NCBI GenBank assembly: GCA_044375835.1
Contig: JBILLY010000001.1
Location: forward strand, 1 to 42,018
DNA from: Opitutaceae bacterium
GTDB lineage: Bacteria > Verrucomicrobiota > Verrucomicrobiia > Opitutales > Opitutaceae
Direction: 5' to 3'
DNA length: 42,018 nucleotides
Below the pieces are notes generated by a model. That model saw only the letters and a list, made by a program, of their open reading frames with translations, searched no databases and was not told the DNA's origin. Position numbers and translations under genes: made by a program. How positions within the stretch are numbered: position 1 is the first letter of the stretch; each line of letters opens with the position of its first letter. Of this stretch, positions 22,076 through 33,405 are shown in pieces.

Positions 22076-22239
22076 GGGAGGATGTGTCGACGGCGCGGCG
22101 AATCGGCCCCGCCGGCGACACGTCCTTTTTATCAGGCCCGCGCCCGCCCCGCCATCCGACACCCGGGGGACCCCGCCTGTCGCTCCTGTTACCAATCGCC
22201 GTTTGTTCGGCCATTTCCCGCGCGCTAGGCCTTTCCTTT

Positions 22240-23073
22240 ATGCAACTGCTGGAGACCCGCACGCCCTTCACCTTCGGGGTGCAAAAACTCTCGTCCGCCG
22301 CCCTCCGCTCCCTCGCGGAAGCACTGCCCGCCCTCTACGCCGAGACCGATCTCGCCGCCCTCCCGCGGGTCTTCACCGACACCCTCGCCCGCCTCGTGCC
22401 CGGCGAATCCCACGGCGTCGTCGTGCACGACCGCGCGCAGGGTCGACGCCACTGGCACCTCCGTCCCGCGAGCCCCGAGCATGCCGCGCTCGTCCCCGCC
22501 TTCTTCGCCAGCTTCCACGAATTCGAGCCCGCCAACCATCGCCGCCTCACCGGCACCGGCGCCGCCCTCGCGCTCTCCGATTTCACCGGCCCCTCCGGCC
22601 TCCGCCGTCTCGCCATCTACGCCGACTACTACCGCCCGCTCCGCCTCGAGGACGACCTCAGCATCAACGTCCGCCACGGCGACGTCGTCACCTGCGCCGC
22701 CGTGCTGCGCGCCCGCCGCGGCTTCCGCACCGACGAGCGGGAACTGCTCAACGCCCTCCGCCCCCACTTCAAACAGGCATGGCTGCACGCCTGCACCACC
22801 GCCGAACTCCGCGCGCGCTCCGCGGTCGCGCCGGTGGCCGCGCGCGCGTGGTCCCCGGAGCCGCTCGAGGTCCGCTACGGCCTCTCGCCCCGCGAGGCCG
22901 AGGTGCTGCTCTGGGTCGCGCAGGGCAAAACCAATCCCGAGGTCGCGCAGATCCTCGGCATCCGGCCCTACACCGTGCGCACGCACCTCGAGCGCGTCTT
23001 TCTCAAACTCGGCGTCGAAACCCGCCACGCCGCCGGCCTCCGCGCCCTCGAGGTTCTCGGCTTCCCTCCCTGA
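22240..23073 (+). CDS. LuxR/GerE-type HTH transcriptional regulator with an N-terminal sensor-like domain
   Basis: C-terminal GLSPREAEVLLWVAQGKTNPEVAQILGIRPYTVRTHLERVFLKLGVETR. No receiver-domain motifs. The start is either ATG 22240 or GTG 22279. Confidence 0.88.
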   Translation: MQLLETRTPFTFGVQKLSSAALRSLAEALPALYAETDLAALPRVFTDTLARLVPGESHGVVVHDRAQGRRHWHLRPASPEHAALVPAFFASFHEFEPANHRRLTGTGAALALSDFTGPSGLRRLAIYADYYRPLRLEDDLSINVRHGDVVTCAAVLRARRGFRTDERELLNALRPHFKQAWLHACTTAELRARSAVAPVAARAWSPEPLEVRYGLSPREAEVLLWVAQGKTNPEVAQILGIRPYTVRTHLERVFLKLGVETRHAAGLRALEVLGFPP

Positions 23074-23082
23074 CCCGCCCGC

Positions 23083-23949
23083 CTACTCGCGCCGCGCCGC
23101 GCTCTCCGTGGCGGCGCCGAGTTTCTCCACGCTCAGCCCGGCTTTCTCCAGCGCCTGCGCGATCACGCGCAATTGCTCCTGCAGGGTCTTGGCCGTCGCC
23201 TCGGCGTCAGCCCGCGCCCGCCGCTCCGCCCGCAGGTCGCGCTCCAGCCGGGCGACCTCGGCCTTCGCGTCGTCCGCCCGGGCCGCCGCGTCTTTCACCT
23301 TCGCGCTCGCCGCCGCGGCTTCCTGCTTCGACCGCTCGATGCCGGCCACATACGCCGCCAGCTCCTGTTTGAAATTCCCATACGACTTCAGGATCTCCGC
23401 GATCTTCTCGTCCGCCGCGTCCGGCCGCACCTCGGTCCGCGGCGCCGGTTCCGCCGCCCGCCCCGTCCCGCCCGCTTGCAACGCTTTGTCCCGCTCGGCC
23501 CGCAGCTTGGCGTTCGCCACCCGCAGCGCCGCCAGTTCGCGCGACACCTCCGTCAATTGCGCCGTCGTATCCGCGCTGTTCGAACGCCCCGCCGCCGGCG
23601 CGGCCGTCGCGCCCGAAGCGGACGAGTCGCGGCGCCCCGCACTTTCCGTCGTCGCCCGCTCGTCGCGGCTTTCCCGCGTCGCGGTCGTGCCGGCGCGCCC
23701 TTCCCGCCACGACGAGCGCGGCTCCACCGCCGCCTCGGCGGCCTTCGCCGGCGCCTTCTCGCTCCCGGCCGCCTTGTCCGCGATCGCCGCCTTTTCATTC
23801 GCCGCCTCCCTCGCCGGCTCCTCCGCCGCCACGGCCGGGCGCGAGGCCAGCGCAGCATCCGAGGATTCGCCGCCCGCCGTCGCGCAGCCCGAAAGCCACA
23901 GCGCGCCCGCGAGCGTCCCGCCCATGATCACCGGAAAAGTTGTCCGCAT
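23083..23949 (-). CDS. Lipoprotein with a disordered linker and long coiled coil
   Basis: Lipobox LWLSG|C. The C-terminal half is an A/E/K/R-rich heptad-like helix. Confidence 0.7.
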   Translation of the reverse strand: MRTTFPVIMGGTLAGALWLSGCATAGGESSDAALASRPAVAAEEPAREAANEKAAIADKAAGSEKAPAKAAEAAVEPRSSWREGRAGTTATRESRDERATTESAGRRDSSASGATAAPAAGRSNSADTTAQLTEVSRELAALRVANAKLRAERDKALQAGGTGRAAEPAPRTEVRPDAADEKIAEILKSYGNFKQELAAYVAGIERSKQEAAAASAKVKDAAARADDAKAEVARLERDLRAERRARADAEATAKTLQEQLRVIAQALEKAGLSVEKLGAATESAARRE

Positions 23950-24048
23950 GGGCGCGAGGGAAGGCGCCGCCCCGGCGGTTGGCAACGTTGCTCTCGCGCC
24001 GCGGCGCCGGGCCTCGAGCCGCGGCGCCGCCCGGCCCGTCCGCGGCGG

Positions 24049-27291
<3,243 letters not shown>

Positions 27292-27484
27292 GGGCGTAGA
27301 TTTCGGCGAAGGTTGGGACCGTCGAAACGCGCGGCAAGCGGGAAAGCGGTCCGCGCGCGGCGCGCGCGGGGATTTCCCCGTCACCGCCCCGAAAACGCGC
27401 CGCCCATTCTCGCGCCGCAACCCCGTCGCCGCGACCCCGCCCACCATCCGCCCGGCCGCGCCTTCGCGCCGCGGAAAGCGGCCC

Positions 27485-27490
27485 TTGACA
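27485..27490 (+). promoter_or_regulatory. Candidate -35 element of the rpmH operon
   Basis: A perfect TTGACA about 50 nt upstream of rpmH. The matching -10 is weak. Confidence 0.3.
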
Positions 27491-27537
27491 CCCCCCGGAG
27501 CGTCCGACACCTCTGACCCTCTTTTTCTCTAAGAATC

Positions 27538-27675
27538 ATGAAACCTACATTCCGTCCGCACCGCAAAAAGCGCGCCCGCAAGATCGGTTACCGTGCCCGG
27601 ATGGCCACCAAGGGTGGCCGCAAAGTCATCAAAGCCCGCCGCCTCAAAGGCCGCAAGCGCCTGACCGTCGTCTGA
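27538..27675 (+). CDS. rpmH: 50S ribosomal protein L34 (below the ORF track cutoff)
   Basis: Manual translation gives [45 protein letters not shown]. It precedes rnpA. Confidence 0.97.
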   Translation: MKPTFRPHRKKRARKIGYRARMATKGGRKVIKARRLKGRKRLTVV

Positions 27676-27747
27676 TTCGGATCCGCCTGTTCGCCGAGGC
27701 CGCACGCGTCCGCGAACGGAGACAACCCGCGCCTGCCGCGACGCTCC

Positions 27748-28170
27748 ATGCGCTTCCGCCCTGAGCAGCACCTCAGCCGCCAGAGCGATATCCGCACCAC
27801 CCGCGAGCAGGGGCGCCGGATCGAGGGCCGCGCCTTCACCGTGTGGTGGAAATCCCGGGCTCCCGCCCGGGCGCCCGACCACCTCGTCGCGCCCGTCCCT
27901 CCCCCCGCCTCGACCCCGGCCCATCACCGGCCCCGCGTCTGCGTCATCGCCTCCACCGCGGCCGTCGGCCACGCCGTCCTGCGCAATACCGCCAAGCGCC
28001 GTCTGCGCGAGATTTTCCGTCGCCACCAGCAATTGCTGCCCGCCGACACCGACCTCCTGCTCATCGCCCGCAGCGGCGCCGTCTCCTGGCCCATGCCGGA
28101 ACTCGAGAAGAAATTCGCCGAAGCCTGCCGCCTCATCGCGCCCTCCGGCTTCGTCACCGGCGAGAAATGA
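27748..28170 (+). CDS. rnpA: Ribonuclease P protein component
   Basis: [19 protein letters not shown] (RNR-type motif) and synteny. It carries a Pro-rich loop insertion. Confidence 0.93.
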   Translation: MRFRPEQHLSRQSDIRTTREQGRRIEGRAFTVWWKSRAPARAPDHLVAPVPPPASTPAHHRPRVCVIASTAAVGHAVLRNTAKRRLREIFRRHQQLLPADTDLLLIARSGAVSWPMPELEKKFAEACRLIAPSGFVTGEK

Positions 28171-28472
28171 CCCCCGCCGCCCTCGCCCGCGCCGCCGCGC
28201 GCCTGCCGGCCGACCTGCTCGTCGCGCTCATCCGGCTCTACCAGCGCACCTTGTCGCCGCTCCTGCCCGTCGTCACCGCCGGCGCCTGCGGCTGCCGCTT
28301 CGCCCCGACCTGCTCCCACTACGCCGTCGAGGCCCTCCGCAACCACGGGGCCTTCGCCGGCTCTTGGCTCGCACTGCGCCGCCTCGCCAAATGCACCCCG
28401 CTGCACCCCGGCGGCATCGATCCCGTCCCCCCGCCGCGCTCCGCCCCGCGCTGCACCCGCGTCGCGGCGTGA
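28167..28472 (+). CDS. yidD: Membrane protein insertion efficiency factor
   Basis: [52 protein letters not shown] overlap with rnpA. Confidence 0.93.
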   Translation: MTPAALARAAARLPADLLVALIRLYQRTLSPLLPVVTAGACGCRFAPTCSHYAVEALRNHGAFAGSWLALRRLAKCTPLHPGGIDPVPPPRSAPRCTRVAA

Positions 28473-28536
28473 ACCGGGCCCGCTTGTTTTCCGCGCCTCG
28501 CATCTTTCCTTCGTTTCGCCTCCCCCCTTTCCCTTA

Positions 28537-30375
28537 ATGGACAAAAAGAATTTCGCCATCGGCGGCGTGCTGCTCATCGCGGCCTTTGCCCTCATGTTTT
28601 TCGGCCCGAAGGCCCCGCCTCCGGCCCCCGCCCCGGCCCAGCCGGCCGCGACCGGTGCCGCAGGAGCGGCCGCCCCGTCGCCCGCGGCCGCACCGGCAGC
28701 CGCTGCTCCGGCGAGCGCGCCCGGCGCCACCTCCTCCGCGGCCGCGCCGGCCGCCGCCAACACCCTCCTCGCCGCCGTCGCCCGCGACGCCGCCGACACC
28801 CGCGTCCTCACGCTCGAAAACGACTACATTTCCGCCCGCCTCACCGACTTCGGCGGCGCCATCCGCGACGTCGCCTTCAAGAAATATCCCGCCCTCCAGG
28901 GCAAACCCGATCCCTACGTCTTCAACCAGCTCCACGAAGATCCGCTCCTCGCCCTCAACGAGTATCCCGGCCTCGGCCGCACCGCCCGCTACGAGGTCGT
29001 CAGCGCCAGCGCCTCCGAGGTCGTCTTCCGCGCCGTCCTCGACGGCAAACTCGAGGTCACCCGCCGCTACCGCCTCTACAAGGACGGCGAGAAGGGCGCC
29101 GACCCGTATCGCATCCGCCATGACACCACCTTCCGCGATCTCACCGGCGCCACCCAGCCGCTCCCCCGCGCCGCCCTCGCGCTCGGCACCGCCGGCCTGA
29201 TCGACGCCAAAGACGTCGGGCAGCACCTCAACGTCGTCAGCTCCGACGGCAACGACACCACCTTCATCGAGCGCGGCGAACTCGAGGGCGGCGGCATCGG
29301 CGCCCTCTTCGGCTCCGGCAATCCGCCCATCCCCGTGCTCGAGAAACCCGGCTCCATCGTCTGGGCCGGCACCAAGAACCAGTTCTTCACCAGCCTCTAC
29401 ACCGCCGACAAACCCGGCCTCGCCGTCATCGCCCGCCGCATCGAGCTCCCCGCCTTCGCCAACTCCACCGTGCCCAACATCGGCTTCACCGGTGCCGTCC
29501 GCTTCGACCTCCCCGCGCTCGCCGCCAACGGCACCGCCGCCCTCGGCGGCGTGCTCTACGTCGGCCCCCAGGAATACAAGCGCCTCGCCAAATTCGAGCA
29601 GAACGAAGACCGCGTCCTCCCCTACACCCAGTATTTCTTCAACCGCATCTTCCTCTCCGGCTACGTCGCGCCGCTGCTCAACATCCTCCTCAACGCCACC
29701 CACGGCTGGTTCGGCAACTGGGGCGTCGCCGTCATCGTGATGACGCTCATCCTCAAGATCGTCAGCCTGCCCTTCACCATCGCCGCCTCCAAATCCGCCA
29801 AACGCATGGCCAAGCTCCAGCCCGAGCTCCAGGCCATCCGCGAGAAGTTCAAGGACAACCCCCAGAAGCAGCAGATGGCCACGATGGAGCTGTTCAAGAC
29901 CCGGAAGATCAACCCGCTCGGCGGCTGTATCCCGATTCTGATTACCTTCCCCCTCTTCATCGGCTTCTTCGCCATGCTCCAGTGCACGGCCGAGCTCCGC
30001 TACCAGCCCTTCCTCTGGGCCCACGATCTCGCCGCCACGGACACCGTCGGGCACCTCTTCGGCATCGCCTGGCTGCCCATCAACATCATGCCCATCCTCA
30101 TGGGCGCCACGATGGTCGTGCAGATGCGCCTCACGCCCACGCCGTCCACCGACAACATGCAGATGAAGATGATGCAGTTCATGCCCTACATCTTCACCCT
30201 CTTCTGCTATGGCTTCTCCTGCGCCCTCGCCCTCTACTCCACCATCAACGGTCTGTTCACCATCGGCCAGCAGCTCGTGATCAACCGCATGAAGGACCCC
30301 GAGGACGAGGCCCCCGCCGCCACCGCCGGCCCCGGCGGCAAGGTCGTCAAAAACGTCACGCCGAAGAAAAAGTAA
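28537..30375 (+). CDS. yidC: Membrane protein insertase YidC
   Basis: N-terminal TM helix, periplasmic domain, LYVGP, GNWGVAVI, LQPELQAIREKF, NPLGGCIP, ELRYQPFLW. Confidence 0.97.
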   Translation: MDKKNFAIGGVLLIAAFALMFFGPKAPPPAPAPAQPAATGAAGAAAPSPAAAPAAAAPASAPGATSSAAAPAAANTLLAAVARDAADTRVLTLENDYISARLTDFGGAIRDVAFKKYPALQGKPDPYVFNQLHEDPLLALNEYPGLGRTARYEVVSASASEVVFRAVLDGKLEVTRRYRLYKDGEKGADPYRIRHDTTFRDLTGATQPLPRAALALGTAGLIDAKDVGQHLNVVSSDGNDTTFIERGELEGGGIGALFGSGNPPIPVLEKPGSIVWAGTKNQFFTSLYTADKPGLAVIARRIELPAFANSTVPNIGFTGAVRFDLPALAANGTAALGGVLYVGPQEYKRLAKFEQNEDRVLPYTQYFFNRIFLSGYVAPLLNILLNATHGWFGNWGVAVIVMTLILKIVSLPFTIAASKSAKRMAKLQPELQAIREKFKDNPQKQQMATMELFKTRKINPLGGCIPILITFPLFIGFFAMLQCTAELRYQPFLWAHDLAATDTVGHLFGIAWLPINIMPILMGATMVVQMRLTPTPSTDNMQMKMMQFMPYIFTLFCYGFSCALALYSTINGLFTIGQQLVINRMKDPEDEAPAATAGPGGKVVKNVTPKKK

Positions 30376-30397
30376 TCCCGCCCCCGCCGGCCCGTGA

Positions 30398-30453
30398 CCG
30401 GCTACCGGTGCTCGGTATCCGGCTCTCGGCTCCAACCTCTCAGCACTCAGCTC
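30398..30453 (+). repeat. Degenerate 7-nt tandem array (8 units)
   Basis: ccggcta ccggtgc tcggtat ccggctc tcggctc caacctc tcagcac tcagctc. Confidence 0.5.
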
Positions 30454-30461
30454 ATCCCCAG

Positions 30462-31187
30462 ATGGCCGGCCATAACAAGTGGTCCAAAGTCAAACGGCTC
30501 AAAGCCGTCACCGACTCCCGCCGCGGCAAGGTCTTCTCCCGCCTCTCCCGCGACATCACCCTCGCCGCCAAGTCCGGCGGCGGCGATCCCGCCGGCAACG
30601 CCCGCCTCCGCACCCTCGTGCTCAAGGCCCGCGACGCCAACATGCCCGCCGACAACGTCGACCGCGCCATCAAGAAGGGCACCGGTGAACTCCCCGGCGT
30701 CGTGTATGAGGAGATCACCTACGAGGGCTACGGCCCCGGCGGCGTCGCCTTCGTCGTCCAGGCCACCACCGACAACAAGACCCGCGCCGCCAAGGACGTC
30801 CGCTCCGCCTTCGCCCGCCACGGCGGCAACCTCGCCAGCACCGGCGCCGTCGCCTTCCAGTTCCTCCACGCCGGCCAATTCCTCGTCGCCCGCGGAAAAA
30901 TCGCCGAAGACGCCCTCATGGAACTCGCGCTCGACGCCGGCGCCGACGACGTGCTCGCCAGCGAGCAGGGCTTCGAGATCCGTTGCCCCCTCGCCGCCTT
31001 CGACCGCGTCTCCCACGCCCTCGAGCAACGCGGCCTCAAACCCGACAGCGCCGAACTCGCCTACATCCCCGTCACCACCGTCCCCGTCGCCGCTCCCGCC
31101 GTCGCCGCCAGCCTCGAGGCCCTGCACGACGCCCTCGAGGAACTCGACGACGTCCAGCACGTGTTCTCCAACGAGGAGACCGCCTGA
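30462..31187 (+). CDS. yebC: YebC/PmpR (TACO1) family protein
   Basis: MAGHNKWSKVKR..GGGDPAGNARLR..NMPADNVDRAIKKG..YEGYGPGG..LEELDDVQHVFSN. Confidence 0.95.
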   Translation: MAGHNKWSKVKRLKAVTDSRRGKVFSRLSRDITLAAKSGGGDPAGNARLRTLVLKARDANMPADNVDRAIKKGTGELPGVVYEEITYEGYGPGGVAFVVQATTDNKTRAAKDVRSAFARHGGNLASTGAVAFQFLHAGQFLVARGKIAEDALMELALDAGADDVLASEQGFEIRCPLAAFDRVSHALEQRGLKPDSAELAYIPVTTVPVAAPAVAASLEALHDALEELDDVQHVFSNEETA

Positions 31188-31261
31188 CGCCCCGCGGGCC
31201 GCACTCCCGCCCGGACCGCGTCGCCGCCCGCCTCCCCGCCTCGTCCCGGGGCGCTCCGTCA

Positions 31262-31305
31262 TAACCCGGTCGGTTACTTGCCTCCCCGGCCCCGCCGCCT
31301 AGCGT
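31262..31305 (+). promoter_or_regulatory. Putative metX promoter with an adjacent palindromic operator
   Basis: TAACC-cggtc-GGTTA (31262-31276) abuts TTGCCT-N16-TAGCGT (31278-31305). The ATG lies 12 nt downstream. Confidence 0.45.
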
Positions 31306-31317
31306 ATCGCCTTTGAC

Positions 31318-32517
31318 ATGACCGACGACCTGGAAATCGCCGCGCCGGCGCCCGCCGCCACCCCGCGCCACCTGGCCCCCGGCGAGGTCGGTCTCGTCGC
31401 CCCGCGGGACTTCGTCCACTCCCGCCCCTTCACCTTCAAGAGCGGCCAGATCATCCCCGGCTTCACCCTCCGCTACGAGACCTACGGCACGCTCAACGCC
31501 ACCCGCGACAACGCCGTCGTCATCTGCCACGCCCTCAGCGGCGACCACCACTGCGCCGGCTGGCACAGCCCCGCCGACAAGAAACCCGGCTGGTGGAACA
31601 ACCTCGTCGGCCCCGGCAAAGCCGTCGACACCCGCCGTTTCTTCGTCGTCTGCGCCAACGTCCTCGGCGGCTGCCAGGGCTCCACCGGTCCCTCCTCGCT
31701 CAACCCCGAGACCGGCCGCCCCTACGGCATCGATTTCCCCTTCGTCACCATCCGCGACATGGTGCGCGCCCAGCGCCTCCTCCTCGACCACCTCGGCGTC
31801 GCCGAGGTGCACACCGTCATCGGCGGCTCGATGGGCGGCATGCAGGCGATGCTCTTCGCCATCGAATACCCCGCCTTCATCCGCCGCGTCCTCGTCATGG
31901 CCGCCACCGGCCGCGAGAGCGCCCAGGCCATCGCCTTCAACGAAGTCGGCCGCCAGGCCATCATGCAGGACCCCGCCTGGAACCGCGGCGCCTACGCCCG
32001 CGACGCCGGCCCGCGCGTCGGCCTGGCCATAGCCCGCATGATGGCCCACATCACCTACGTCTCCGACGCTTCCATGGACCGGAAGTTCGGTCGCAAGAAA
32101 AAGGATACGGCCACCGGCGACGCCTACACCTTCGACATCCAGTTCGAGGTCGAGAGCTACCTGCGCCACCAGGGCCAGAGCTTCATCAATCGCTTCGACG
32201 CCAACTCCTACCTCTACATCACCCGCGCCCTCGACCAGTTCGACCTCGAGCACGCCTACGGCTCGCTGGAAAAAGCGTTCGGCCTCATGGAGGCCGAGAT
32301 GCTTGTCGTCGGCTTCACCAGCGACTGGCTGTTTCCGCCCGGCCAAAACCGCGCCCTCGCCCTCGCCATGCTCCGCGCCGGCAAGCGCGCCAGCTACGCC
32401 GAACTCGACACCGACCTCGGCCACGACTCCTTCCTCCTCGAATCCGAGGAACTCTACGCGCTCGTCCGCGGCTTCCTCGAGCGCGACCAGCCCTACGTCT
32501 TCGACTACTCGATCTGA
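31318..32517 (+). CDS. metX: Homoserine O-acyltransferase (MetX family)
   Basis: YETYGTLN..CHALSGD..GWW..CANVLGGCQGSTGP..GGSMGGMQA (catalytic Ser)..SDWLFP..GHDSFL. It is adjacent to metW. Acetyl versus succinyl specificity was not determined. Confidence 0.95.
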   Translation: MTDDLEIAAPAPAATPRHLAPGEVGLVAPRDFVHSRPFTFKSGQIIPGFTLRYETYGTLNATRDNAVVICHALSGDHHCAGWHSPADKKPGWWNNLVGPGKAVDTRRFFVVCANVLGGCQGSTGPSSLNPETGRPYGIDFPFVTIRDMVRAQRLLLDHLGVAEVHTVIGGSMGGMQAMLFAIEYPAFIRRVLVMAATGRESAQAIAFNEVGRQAIMQDPAWNRGAYARDAGPRVGLAIARMMAHITYVSDASMDRKFGRKKKDTATGDAYTFDIQFEVESYLRHQGQSFINRFDANSYLYITRALDQFDLEHAYGSLEKAFGLMEAEMLVVGFTSDWLFPPGQNRALALAMLRAGKRASYAELDTDLGHDSFLLESEELYALVRGFLERDQPYVFDYSI

Positions 32518-32652
32518 GCCGCCGCCCCGTCATCCGCGCCGCCGTCCCGTTCGTCCGATGCCTCCCGATCGCCCTCCCGGTTTTTCCGCCCGCTCCGTTC
32601 CAGGATTCTCCGCGTCTTCCGTGTCTCCGGTGGGCCCCAACCGACCGTCCCC

Positions 32653-33258
32653 ATGACCCGCCTCGTCGAAAAACGCACCGTCGACATGCAGATCATCGGT
32701 GACTGGGTGGAACCCGGCACCCGCGTGCTCGACCTCGGCTGCGGCGCCGGTGTGCTCCTCGACTACCTCGTGCAGAAGAAGCAGGTCAGCGCCGTCGGCG
32801 TCGACCTCGACTTCGCCCGGATCACCGCCTGCGTCCGCCGCGGCCTCTCCGCCTACCAGGGCGACATGACCGCGTTCATGCGCGCCTTTCCAGAAAAGCA
32901 CTTCGACCGCGTCATCTGCTCGCGCACCGTGCACGAACTCGCCGATCCCAACGCCGTGATCTCCGAAGCCCTCCGCGTCGGCCGCACGCTGACGGTCGGC
33001 TTCGTCAACCACGGCTTCTGGAAAAACCGCGCCAACATGCTGCTCCGCGGCCGGAAAATCCGGAACGAGGTCTACAAGACCGAGTGGTTCGAGAGTCGCC
33101 CGGCCAACCCCGTCACGATCGCCGACTTCGAGGACTTCTGCGCCGCCAAGGGCATCCGCATCGCCCGCCGCGCGCACCTCTCGGGCGACTGGCACACCCC
33201 CTGCCGCACCCTGCCCAACCTCTTCGCCGGCTTCGCCCTCTACGACCTCGCCCGCTGA
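32653..33258 (+). CDS. metW: Methionine biosynthesis protein MetW (SAM-dependent methyltransferase fold)
   Basis: DWVEPGTRVLDLGCGAGVLL..FDRVICSRT..LRVGR..VGFVNHGFW. It follows metX. Confidence 0.9.
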   Translation: MTRLVEKRTVDMQIIGDWVEPGTRVLDLGCGAGVLLDYLVQKKQVSAVGVDLDFARITACVRRGLSAYQGDMTAFMRAFPEKHFDRVICSRTVHELADPNAVISEALRVGRTLTVGFVNHGFWKNRANMLLRGRKIRNEVYKTEWFESRPANPVTIADFEDFCAAKGIRIARRAHLSGDWHTPCRTLPNLFAGFALYDLAR

Positions 33259-33405
33259 CCCGCCGCGTCGGCCGGCTTTTCCGCACGGCAACCGCCGCCG
33301 CGCTCGGTCGCACTGTCCGCGGACGCGTGTCCTAATCGCGCGCGCAGCCTTGTCTCCCGCCGGCGATTCTGCGCCAGTCGTGCCTTTCGCCCGCACCCTT
33401 CCGTC

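Noticed and set aside
27340-27372. GC hairpin (CCGCGCGC-ggc-GCGCGCGG) upstream of carB as an attenuator or REP copy
   Set aside because: It has no U-tract, no PyrR-type loop and no GTRG tetranucleotide. It is a low-complexity CG run.
31188-31317. SAM riboswitch upstream of metX
   Set aside because: No recognisable SAM-I core (AUC...GAU) or SAM-II features, and the predicted leader is too short.
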